Assembly (NCBI GenBank): GCA_964276515.1
Contig: OZ193909.1
Span: forward strand, 17,546,001-17,610,000
Source: Gordius albopunctatus
Lineage: Eukaryota
DNA: 64,000 bases
Direction of reading: 5' to 3'
Shown: positions 50,678 to 62,459 of the stretch, piece by piece
Position numbering within the stretch: position 1 is the first letter of the stretch
Layout of the letters: each line of letters begins with the position of its first letter
The notes under the pieces: model-generated
Seen by the model: only the letters and a program-made list of their open reading frames with translations
Told to the model about the DNA's origin: nothing
The model's database searches: none
Made by a program: the position numbers and the translations under genes

Positions 50678-52498
50678 TAGTGTTTCGATCTCGCCTCATC
50701 TCGGTCTCGAAAGCAAAATCTCGTCCCGTCTCGTCTCGGCGAGAATTCTCGTCTCATCTCGACTTTAAAAGAATGTATACGGAATAAAAATTTCTTTTGT
50801 TTTACTAAAAATATTAAGTAGGTGTTTGAGGAAAATGCAAATGGCAAGCCTTTATATTTTTTAAAAGCATTACAACACACACTTTTTAAAGATTTAGCGC
50901 TACACGACATCTCAATGACAACAATAAGATATGAATTAATTGTTAAAGATAAGATTTTATATGGAAAGTGCAAATTAAAAAAACTATAAATGACATTGAA
51001 GTAAAGAACGAAAGGAGCATAGTAAAATTGTGCATTAAATTTAGAACTTAATGGTGATGTTTAATGACACTTTTTAGATATAAGTTTAACCCAGTACTCT
51101 TGTGAGTGTTTTAAAGCTGAAACTTCTATGTAATAAATATGCCAACTGATTGTTAGAATAAAGACCTTATTAAATTTTATAGTTCTAGCAAATTTTAACA
51201 TTGTATCAAATTCACTGTGTCTCTCAAATATAGACTTATAAATTTATATGTTTACCTATATTTAGCTTAGTTATATATTTAGTCAAATTGAGATCCTTAT
51301 TAATGCTGGTTAAAGACTCAAAGTTGACCCTAACATATTTAAGGCCAACGTTTCGTCCATTGATATGACCTTACCCTCATCCATTAGAAATAGAGTTTAT
51401 TGTATGTTTACTATAGAGTTACATTTAATGATAATGTTATTATTTACAGAATTGATAATTATCTGCACAAAAACGTTCTAAAAACAACAATAAAAGCAGC
51501 CTTATAATAGGATCAAGAGTACGAGGTTTAAACTTTGAATTAAAGTGCATTTTTTATATTTTATGACATTTATTATAATTAAATTAGTATTCTAAATAAT
51601 TAGCTTTCAATTCTAACTAACTCTGCCATTAAATAGTTATTTATCTAGTACAGTATAAGTTCGTGTATATTAATCTTGTATTGCACAATTGTAAAAATTA
51701 TAGTAATTTCCAATGCACCTGTTATCCCCATTTTATAATATAAAAAGTAAGGAATATGACAAAATAATCTATTCACATACTGTCTTTTTAAAGTTCAAAA
51801 ATTTCGGAGGTATACTATTAGTTGAAGCAATCTAGAAAACTCATAATTTAATCTATTACCGTTTCATCGAATACTCAATTGTACTTTTGAAATCATTAGG
51901 CACAACAAATGACGCTAGGATGTTCAAAAAATCTCGAGCCACATTAGTTTAACCTCGTATAATATTCAAACTAATTGGCCACCCATTTACAATTAGAGCA
52001 TCATGCAAAATGAGAAACTGCGAAATTCAAATATGCTTTAATAATATTTTACTCCATCAGAACTCATTCTAAGTTTAAATTTTTCTAACATTTAATAATA
52101 CTAAGGATACAAATATGTGAAAAATATATTATTAAATTTACCCTAAGGGTTATTCATACTTAGGTAAATGAACGGTAAATGCAAAATTTTAAAATTTTTG
52201 CAAAATTATATCATATTTACTACACTTAGGTGTTATTTTAACATCAAATATATTCCTATCATATTGATTTAGATTTAATATCTTAAATGTTAATCATTAA
52301 AATTAAAATAAACATTAATTTACTAATATCTAATGATCAATAAAAAGCCGAGATCTCGCCGAAAAAATCTCGTCTCGTTTCGTTTCGACATAAAAATTCT
52401 CGTCTCGATCTCGGGTCAGTTTTTCAAAATCTCGTCTCGTCTCGGTTTTTCGAGACGAGACCGAGACCGAGAATTTTCTCGGTTTTTCCGCATCACTA
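50678..52498. mobile_element. hAT-type element (family E) with cargo interior
   Basis: Ends tagtgtttcg / cgcatcacta; exact 8-bp TSD tgtatcga; subterminal tctcgtctcg/gagaccgaga arrays; no hAT transposase recognised inside. Confidence 0.8.
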
Positions 52499-52749
52499 TG
52501 TATCGAGAGTTGTTTGATTTCTGATTCATTATTTTATTCTGTGATTTTTACATAGTTTTTAGTATAATAAAGATGTAGAGAAAAGGAGTATTATAACCTT
52601 TTGTCCACGGCTAGGCCGTCGCCCAATATATTCCAATATATCCCCCTATCTGCCTCAATTCTTACAATATATTCCTGATTCTCCTTCAAATTCTTAAATC
52701 GTATCCTTAGGACACTAAAATGACATCTTAAGGATATGAAAATATGTAT

Positions 52750-53060
52750 AGAGAATTGAATGGAAATTGATGTGAAGTTGTATAATCAATAACAGGAAGA
52801 GATGAGGGTAGCAAATAAGCTGACTAAAGTGCATTTTTATACTTTAATTAAAAGATTAAGGTTTAATTTTAAAAATTTACTAAAACCAGTTAAATGTAAA
52901 ATTATCAGCACAGCTTTTTCCTAAATCAGTTGCCAAGGCTATAGAATTTGCATGTGCAATAGATCTTGTCTTATTAGGTATTGTGCTGCAACTATTGAAT
53001 TTCCTTATAATCAATCCGTAAATTGAATGCAATCTCCTAATTTATCTCTAAATGACGCTT
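52750..53060 (+). mobile_element. P-element/THAP9-like transposase remnant
   Basis: Fragments IEWKL, LYNQ*QEEMRVANKLTKVH, LNVKLSAQLF/KSVAKAIEF and ATIEF match the P-family motif LANKL..HI...KMxVxLAAQLFSxSVA. Confidence 0.65.
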
Positions 53061-53222
53061 TCCTATTGATATTGATAAACTTTGTATTGTTTTCTAATTA
53101 ATTTTTTATGAGGAATGTACCCTTAAGTTTTTTATATCAACTAAAACGTAATATATATCGTGTAATATTAAAGAAGGGGGGCCCCCAACACTTCGCCAAG
53201 AATCCCACTTGGACTTTGTTTT

Positions 53223-53760
53223 TTGTGGGAACTTACAAGCGTGGATTCCTTAAATTATTTAGGATCAACGCTTCAATCGGAAGGGAATTCCGGATGGCTC
53301 GTTCTGTGTGACAAAAAAATTTCAAGAAGACTAAAAGGTGCACTCTATAGGTCCATCATACAGCCAACAGTCCTTTATAGCTCGGAATTATGGGCTATGA
53401 GTAACAGGGAAGAGCAGCCCCTTGCGTCCATGGAGACGGGTCCTAGGAGTAAGCAAAAGAACATAAGCGAAATGAAGAAATAAGAAGAAATTAGGGTACA
53501 ACATCTAATAAAATCTAACAAATAGACTAAAATGGTATGACCATGTCGAGAGAAGGGACGATAGCTACGTCGGAAAGAAAATTGAAAAGATAATTTCGTA
53601 AGAAAACGAAAGAGAGGAAGATCCAAGCTTACATGGATTCATAAAATAAGGCACAATATAAAAATGTACAAGATAAAGAAAGATTTATTTGAATATAGAG
53701 ACAAATAAAAACTAATGTTGAAAGGACTGACCATCAGCCCACGTGATAAACAGTCATAAA
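53223..53760 (+). mobile_element. Decayed RTE 3' fragment
   Basis: NYLGSTLQSEG...VLCDKKISRRLKGALYRSIIQPTVLYSSELWA. Confidence 0.75.
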
Positions 53761-54289
53761 GCAGAAGATATGAGGAATCTTTGGACGGCTTAATTAAATT
53801 TTTCTGCAATTATATTGATTGACAATTGATTAATATGATTATACTTGAGAAATTTACATGATGACATTTATTGTTTTATGTAAAATTGTAACTTCAGGTA
53901 AAATATTACATTTATTTCGTATATAAAACTTAGTATAGATGGCGCTATTTCTATATATTTCTAAATTATTTTGCTTTGTATAATAATTAAATTTTCTTTT
54001 TATTTTTTTACAAATTATATATTTTTTCTTTAATAATAGGTTTTGCTATGATTTATTATAAATTTAGATATAGGGGGAAATTACTTACATACCTATATAC
54101 ATACAACTACTGCGAGTATTAATAAATACAGGTAGAAAATATGCAAAATCTAGATAGAAATTGAAAGCCTACAAACCTTGTTTTTATATAAATATATATA
54201 ATGTATTATATTATAATGAATTTTTTAAGTTAGAAGCATTTAATGGTTACCTGTAGTGTTTTTAATATGCCAAAATCCTAAAACCTTAA

Positions 54290-57200
54290 CCTATGGTAGA
54301 AGCATACATCTCGCCCATTACCATCAGCATAACCAGCACCATGCTGCTTAATAACCCGGTTACTAGCATGGCAGATTAAAGTTGCCATGGTTGCTTGGTT
54401 AGAGAGATGTAAGTAACCGGGCATTTGGCAGATTGGATTGGTATCAACCGTGGTATCGAGCAGGCTTGTTTTAAACTAAATACGGTTTTTAGCAAATTTA
54501 ATTTTAGCTTACTATTAGAGTTGCCAAATGCCATATAATGCTAATCAATATTTTTCAATCATATATTAATCCTAAAAGGTGATAAAAAATTAAAATATAT
54601 TATAAAGAACTTTACCCCCCCCCCACCTTTATTTTTCCCGTTGTTTTGCCCCCCCCCCCTATTTTTTACCCTTTTTCTCACCAGAGGGGGGTGGGCTTGA
54701 AAGTGATAATGAGGAATTCATATAAAAAAATTGTTAAATTAATTATTATTTTAAGATCGAAGGCTTTTAACGCGATCGCGTTAAGTATTTATGTTAAATA
54801 AAACTGAAAATACAAAATTTTTACAATAAAGTATGGGGAGAGATCGACGGTCCCAAGTCCGTGTGAAAAAAGTGGAGGGTTGGCGTCAGGTCGGAAGCCG
54901 GCTGTAAAAAGCAACTCCAAACACCATGGCAGCTTCAAATACGAACTTATACCAGAATGCTAGGGCGTCCTCCCCAAACGACGCGCATTGCATCATCCAC
55001 CCGTGCAATGTGAAAAGTATACAAGGGTCACCGCCTCACTCACAACGAAGGCGGTTAAGGAACCTAGTTGTCGAACGGACAAGAGTGGCTAGCTGGAATG
55101 TTGGCACGCTGACGGGGAAGAGCATCGAGGTTGCGCAGATGCTAAAAAGACGAAGGATACACATAGCGTGTCTACAAGAAACACGGTGGCATGGAACAAA
55201 AGCCAGGGAGCTAGGAGATGGTTACAAGCTGTACTACTCGGGTTCCCCATCACGGAAGAACGGGGTCGGTATAGTGCTTAGCGATTCCTTTAAGGACAAG
55301 GTAGTCGAAGTCAACGATGCTCGGATAGATTGATGTGCATAAAGCTGGCGGATCAAGGCGGCCTTGTCAATGTTATTTGTGCGTATTCGCCCCAGGTTGG
55401 ATGTTCCGAAAACGAGAAGGACGAATTCTATGAGAAGCTCGAAGAAGAAATACGCTACGTGAAACCTGACGAGAATCTCATCATCGGAGCAGACTTTAAT
55501 GGGCACGTTGGGAAAGAAAGGGGCGTGTACGAACGAAATAACGGCGGGCATGGCTATGGAGTGAAAAATAAAGAGGGAGAGAAGTTACTACAGATGGCGC
55601 AAGCTTACGATATGGCCATTGTGAATACCTTGTTTCAGAAACGTACCGAACATATAGCGACGTACAGTAGTGGAAATCACCTTACACAGGTTGACTACAT
55701 ATTAGTGAAGCGCATAAATTTGTGGCAAGTTAAAGATTGCAAGGTTATACCGGGGGAAGAAATCGCCAAACAACATCGGCCAGTTGTCCTCGATATAGCA
55801 AGAAAGATTTTTCCCGTAAGGAGAAAAGTCTACACACCAAGGACAAAGTACGAAAAGCTTAAGGATGATCATGCAAATGAAATGTTTCACACTCGAGCAA
55901 CTCCGCTCTTGAAGGTTGCAGGCTTGGAGGGCGACATTAACAAAAGGTGGGGCACCGTTGAAAATGTTCTAAAGGAAACGGCCTTACAAATATTGGGACG
56001 AACTAAGGGCGGCAGAGCTCACAAGCGTGAACTATGGTGGTGGAATGACTCGGTCAAAGAGGTTATAGAAGAAAAGAAGACGTTGTACCTACGATGGTAC
56101 AAAACGAAGAAAGGAGAAGACTACGAGGCATATCGTGAAGCGAAACGCAAAGCTAAGATAGCGGTCGCGATAGCGAAGAACAACGCTTACACCGAGATGG
56201 CAAACAAGCTCGATACCAAGGGCGGCGACATAGTCATGTATAAACTCGCAAAGATCAGGGAGAAAAAAAGTCGAGATGTCGGGACACTTAAAGTCATTAA
56301 AAGCGAAGAGGGACGAACGTTGTGCAAACCGAAGGAAGTCATCAAAAGATGGAAAGATTATTTCCAAAATATGATGAACAAAACGAATGATAGAAGACCG
56401 CTAGAGAGGGTGGAACCGAACTCGAACTTGGTTTTACCATTTCAGGCTTATGAAATAGGAGCACAACTAACGAAGATGCGGAAAGGGAAAGCGCTAGGTC
56501 CCGATGATCTACCGATCGAAGCATGGCTTGGGTGCAAAGGAGAAGGAATCGACATAATGACAGGCCTATTTAACGCTATGCTGTATGAGAGTCGTATCCC
56601 TGACCAATGGAGGGAAAGTACGATCATACCCATATACAAAGGTAAAGGAGACGCGCAGGAATGTGGCAACTTTAGAGGTATCAAGTTGACCTGCCACTCA
56701 CTAAAACTACTAGAAAGAGTGCTAGTGAAAAGGCTCAATGACGAAGTTTGTCTCTCGCCCAATCAGTTTGGATTTGTGGCCGGTAAATCAACGATGGACC
56801 CAATCTTTGCGTTGAAGCAGACGATGGAAAAATATGGCGACATAAGAAAGAAATTACACATGGTCTTCATCGATTTAGAAAAGGCCTACGATACGGTTCC
56901 GAGAGACTTAATATGGTGGTCCCTTAGATCCAGAAATATACCCGAAGGATATGTTCGACTTATCAAGGAAATGTATAATGGCGCGGTTGCATCTGTTAGG
57001 ACTACCGTAGGAGTAACGAAACCCTTCCGAATAATGATCGGACTACATCAAGGATCAGCGTTAAGCCCATTCTTGTTTAATCTAATTATGGATACAATAA
57101 CAAAGGACTTGCACAAGCCAGCCCCTTGGACTATGCTATATGCCGACGATATTGTCCTATGCGATGAAACAAGAGAAGGGGTTTTTCATCAGGCGAAAAA

Positions 57201-59028
57201 ATGGTCAGAACGTTTCTCGGAATTCGGGTTAAAGGTCAGCGAGAAGAAAACGGTTTACATGCAAACGATGGGCGGTAGTCCGCAAATGCACAAAATTGAA
57301 GGTCCAAGGTACACGGAGGTTGATAAGTTCACATATCTTGGCTCGCTATTACATCAAGAGGGAGGATGTACCGCCGAAGTCCATTCTCGGATCAAGAAAG
57401 CATGGCTCAAGTGGCGCAGCATCTCCGGTGTCATGTGTGACAAAAAGATACCAATTTGGTTGAAAAGCAAGGCGTACAAAACCATCGTGCGTCCGGTCTT
57501 GCTTTACGGGAGCGAAACATGGGCTGTAACCAGCGCGGAGGAGAAACTCTTGCAAGTCACGGAAATGAGAATGGTGCGATGGAGCTTAGGCTACACCAAG
57601 CTGGATCGCATGACGAACGAATCCTTGATGACAAAGATGGGTATACAAGCGACGAAGGACTTCTTAAGAGAAAATCGACTGCGGTGGTACGGCCATGTAT
57701 TACGAAGAGACGAAGACGATGTCACACGCCGAACGCTGGAGATGGACGTGCCTGGAAGAAGAGGAAGGGGCAGACCACGTGCCACCTGGAAACCAGTGGT
57801 CGAAAAGGATATGGACGTCAAACAGATGGAAATTGGGATGTCATTCACACGACTCAGATGGAAGAGGCTGCTGAAAACGTACCCCACGTCTGTGGGATTT
57901 TCAACACGATAAAGAAGAAAGTATGGGGAGAGATCACGTAAAATGAGAGTATGGGTAGGGCAGGGCTTTAATGCAATATTTATTAAATTACTTACAATTC
58001 CATCTCTCAGCATGTTGGCATCATGTGCACGTGCAGTGCATGGTATGAGATGAAGTAGGGGAGGGTAGGGGAAAAGAGTTTTTAGAAACAATAGAGAAAA
58101 ATATAACTAGTCGTAGTCTAGCTAGCTACTAGCTAGTCTCATTCTCAATCTAATGTAATGTATCTGTATGAGATAAAGGAAGGAGGGAGGGGGGAATGAG
58201 TTTTTAAAAACAATTTAAAAAATTTAACTAGTCTCATTCTCATGTAGTAATGTAATCTGCCATACATTTGATTAATATTGTAGTCAATGATTTAAGATTG
58301 CCAATTTTGAAATATAAAAATAAAATTTTGGCCAAAGTGGTGGAAAATATTTAAAGGGGTGGCCACTGAGGGACAGGGAGAGCCAGTTGCTTCTATATGA
58401 TAAAATTATTTTTTAATTATTTTTAGTCAATTATAAATAACATTATTAATTGCAACGTTTCAGCCATAAGTACCTGTAATTTTTAAAACTATTATAACGA
58501 GCTTTTTGGAATTTATTTAAATATAAATTTTAAAATCCCTCCCCTCAGGTGCGAAAGAGGGTAAAAATATGCCCCCCCCCCTAGTGAGAAAGAGGTCTAA
58601 AAATTAGGGGGGGGAGGCAAAACACCCACCGCCCTCTGGTGAGAAAGAGGCTAAAAATTAGGGGGGGGGGGCAAAACAACGGGACAAATAAAGGTAGGGG
58701 GCAAAGTTCTTTATAATAAATTTTAATTTTTTTATCACCTTTTAGGATTAATATATGATTGAAAAATATTGATTAGCATTATATGGCATTTGGCAACTCT
58801 AATAGTAAGCTAAAATTAAATTTGCTAAAAACCGTATTTAGTTTAAAACAAGCCTGCTCGATACCACGGTTGATATCAATCCAATCTGCCAAATGCCCGG
58901 TTACTTACATCTCTCTCAATCAAGCAACCGTGGCAACTTTAATCTGCCATGCTAGTAACCGGGTTATTAAGCAGCATGGTGCTGGTTATGGTGATGGTAA
59001 TGGTAAGAGATATGTGCCTATTACCAGG
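54290..59028. mobile_element. Foldback-type element with ~400-bp inverted arms (~54290-54690 and ~58632-59028), interrupted by the RTE
   Basis: Arms are highly similar reverse complements over ~400 bp; flanks ttaa / ttta; superfamily uncertain. Confidence 0.7.
54846..57917 (+). mobile_element. Young, apparently full-length RTE-clade LINE (APE endonuclease plus RT) with one frameshift
   Basis: ORFs 54926-55333 (RVASWNVGTL, ACLQETRW) and 55330-57912 (GADFNGHVG, GLHQGSALSP, LYADD) join if one base is restored near 55313; exact 18-bp TSD aaagtatggggagagatc (54828-54845, 57918-57935); AAG-type tail. Confidence 0.96.
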
Positions 59029-59438
59029 TTTAGCACTATACAAGCAGAACCAATTCGAGCAGATTAACAACACTAGTTACCTGTCACGTTTTCTTGAATT
59101 TTTTTTATTTAGTTTTTTGATGATGTTTTTGTAGGCATCGAATAAAATAAAAATAACCCACAGGGAATGTAAAGTAAATCTTCAACTTTCAAATAAGATA
59201 TATTTTTTTAAAATAGATGAGTTCAAGTGTGCGAATTTATTAATTAAAAAAGGTACACTTTGCGTATGATATAAACGAAAGTAGGCTATAATGGGTTATT
59301 AACATGCCGAAAAAATTTGTTTTTTTCCATGCCTATTTGAACACTTTCTGCTGTCTGCTGATCAATGGGAAAAAAGACCATTGGCCAAAGTCAGGATAAT
59401 ATTAGGAAAGTGATGTTATACCTTGTGGACAGCTCTAG

Positions 59439-60871
59439 CAGAGACCAGAAATGCCCGGCCCGCTGCCCAATTTTAATTTTCGGGCGGGCACGCTGATAAG
59501 ATTCGGGCAATTCGGGCATGTCCAATTTTATCAAATTAATTTTCCTTGAAAAAAAATTCGCTTATAAACAATTTTGGGCCATTATAAATTTGACTAGATT
59601 TTTTTCCATCGCTTAAATCTTCATTGTACGTTTATATAATGTCCTAATTTCAATTTCTTCAAAATTAAATTTTATACCGAATAAATTAGTTTAACTGGTT
59701 TGTCTCAAGATCAAAAATTTTTAATTTACAGATTATATTATAAAAGAATAAAATCATAACGATTTAAACTGCCATGGGCGTAGACAAGGGGGGGGGGCAA
59801 GAAGGGGCAGCTGCCTCCCTCTAAACTCAAAAAATTGTTAAAATGTATTAAAATTATGCCTAAATTTTCAAAAAATGATCATTTTGCCCCTCCTTAAATC
59901 ATTGTTGCCCCCCTCTAATTTTAATGCTGGCTACGCCCATGTAAACTGCTACTCTAATCTAATACTATGGAAGAAACCATTTTACTCTCTGGTAGTAAAT
60001 TATTTTATTACATTTTTATCGCGTTCAGTTAAATCTTTGCCCTACTCCATTATGGAAAGGATTGGATTATTTATATTTATGTAGCCAAAGACATTTCATT
60101 GTTCGCAATAAACTACACATGTGTGCCGTCTAGACTTAAAACAAAGGCTCATGCCATTTTCTAACAATGCCCATAATTGTAATTCATTTTTCTTAACAAC
60201 TAAAAAAACATGGTGGAAAAATAAAGCAAACAAGTCACATTAAAGTTATTAAAAATTATAACTATTTTAGGTATCCTAAATTAGCAAGGTTTGCAAAAAT
60301 ACTCTTTGCCATCCCGGCGACGAGTGCTGCTAGTGAAAGAAGTTTTTCTATCGCAGGAAGATTAATAGAAGAAAGACGCACAAGATTGTCCCCGGAAATT
60401 GTCGACGATTTGTTATTTTTACATAATAATTATGAATAATAAAATATTGTCATCTTTGTTTGGATCAATATGCCATTAATTTAATGCTTATTTTGTAATA
60501 GTGGTGGAAAGATTTTGGGATTGGATAGTTTCGGGTCTACCGGGAAGATTTTATTAATCAGGCCGGGCAGCTCTAATGGTTTGGGCATGGCTGAGCCGAC
60601 ACATAGAAGGGTTCAGGCGGGCAATTTAGTTAAAAATTTGGACCGGGCCGGGTTCGGGCAGAAAAATTTAAACTACTCCGACTTCTTTTTGGGACCTCAT
60701 AAATTCGGGACTAACGCACAAATTTAATATTTCGGGCCGGGTAGCTCTAACAATTCTGGCGGGCTCCGGCGGACACTTAGATGGGTTCGGGCGGGCGCGG
60801 GCGGGCAATGAAGTTAAAAAATTTAGTCAGGCCGGGTTCGGGCAGAAAATTCCCAACAAATATGACCTCTG
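59439..60871 (+). mobile_element. Non-autonomous hAT element, sister of 30850-32269, with nested MITE D (59773-59941)
   Basis: TIR cagagaccag / tgacctctg; exact TSD agctctag; [61 protein letters not shown]; inner MITE TSD taaactgc. Confidence 0.92.
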
Positions 60872-61479
60872 AGCTCTAGATATTTTTACTGATATGAGTT
60901 CTAACTTCGGTAAGCGCAAATTTTTTTTTGCTTTATAATATTTTTAGAATATTAACCTAACATGATAATATAAGTTACTATATATATTAGATCGATATTT
61001 CAAGCATTTTTCCTAATTGCCAATTATCAATTTATGGCAAGTATATAATGCAGGCTAGCTTTACCCATTCTTTAATAGATGAGATACAAGTAATAAACCC
61101 TTCGAGCCTAGCTGATGGGTCTTATGCCCCCAAACCCCTGTCTCCTGGGATCTCCACCCATGAATAAAATTACAACCAGAGTGATCTTTTGTCTTATAGG
61201 TGATCTATTGTTCCATAGCCAACGTTGAATTTCGAGATCTTAACCAAATATTGTCCAATTCCATTATTGTTCAAAACATTCATAATTAAATATAGAGCTC
61301 AACTCAATCACAATCTTCCAAAACCACATCTACCATTTTGCCTTAGAGACTAAAGCTTTTAAAGGAAATTCACAATAGAAAAAATGACCACTGGCCAAAG
61401 TGTGAATCAAAAATTTTAAGCCCGAAGGGCATATATTAGAAATAAATAATGTGCCTGCGTGTGGTAGCACTGACTTATT

Positions 61480-62459
61480 GATCATTAGATTTTAATAAAT
61501 TATTGTGTATTTTCTGTATGATTTACTTTACATTTAGGTTATTAAATATATATGAATATATTTAGATTTAAAAAACTAAGTGTAGTAAATGATATATTTT
61601 TGCTAAAAGTTTAAAATTTGGCAATTATATTTCATTTACCTAAGTATGGGTAGCCCTTAGGGTATGTGAATAATTTAATATTATTTTTATCACATATATG
61701 TATACTCAGCATCATAAATGTTACAAAATTTTAGAATTTTTGGGAGTTCTGATGGAGTAGTAAATATTACTAAAGCATAATTGAATTTCGCAGATTCATA
61801 TCCAACATGATGCGGTAAATTGGTGGTTAATTAGTTTGAATAATTATACAAGTTAAGCTAAGGTTTCTCGAGATTTTTTGAGCACCTTAGCGTCATTTGA
61901 GCCTGCCTAACAATTTCCAAGTACATTTGAGTTTTCGATGACATCCTAATAGATTAAATCATGAGTTTCTAGAAGTTTTTATGCTTCAACTAATAGTATA
62001 CCTCCCAAAATTTTGAACTAAGACATTAAAGGAATACCTTGTTTTGTCATATGCATTACTTTTCACTTTATAAGCTGGATTGGCAGGTGCATTCAAATTT
62101 ACCATAATTTATATAATTGTGCAATATAAAATAAATACACGAACCAATATGGAAGGTAATTATTTGAAATATAAATTTGATCATAATGAACTTTTTTGTC
62201 ATAAATTTAAATACGCGCACTTTATTTTAAAGTTTAAAACTGTATGTTCTTAATCCTATAATAATGCTACTTTTATTGTTGTTTTTACAATGTTTAATAT
62301 GAACTAGTTATCAATTCTGTGAATTATAATATTATCATTAAAAGTCACTCGAACTTTGTTGATTATAACGCTATAGTAAACATGCAATAAACTCTATAAA
62401 CTATGTTTGATGATGGTAATATCAATGGACTAAAACGTTTGCCTTAAATATGTCAAGGT
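61480..62459 (-). pseudogene. Decayed segment homologous to 51325-52260, possibly from an EGF-like-domain gene
   Basis: Colinear inverted similarity to the interior of 50678-52498; LHNYINYGKFECTCQ here versus LHNCKNYSNFQCTCYPHF at 51681. The product assignment is weak. Confidence 0.4.

Noticed and set aside
51900..51945. Harbinger-transposase-like motif GTTNDARMFKKS
   Set aside because: A single short motif with no other DDE_Tnp_4 motifs at correct spacing.
54846..54925. HDV-like ribozyme in the RTE 5' UTR
   Set aside because: Known for some RTEs, but I could not fold the nested double pseudoknot by eye; needs a descriptor search.
55234..58091. Antisense and alternative-frame ORFs over the RTE, and other short ORFs in the track (e.g. 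31613-31822, 59875-60084, 58783-59067)
   Set aside because: Shadow ORFs of TE sequence or chance ORFs in repeats, with no recognisable protein features.
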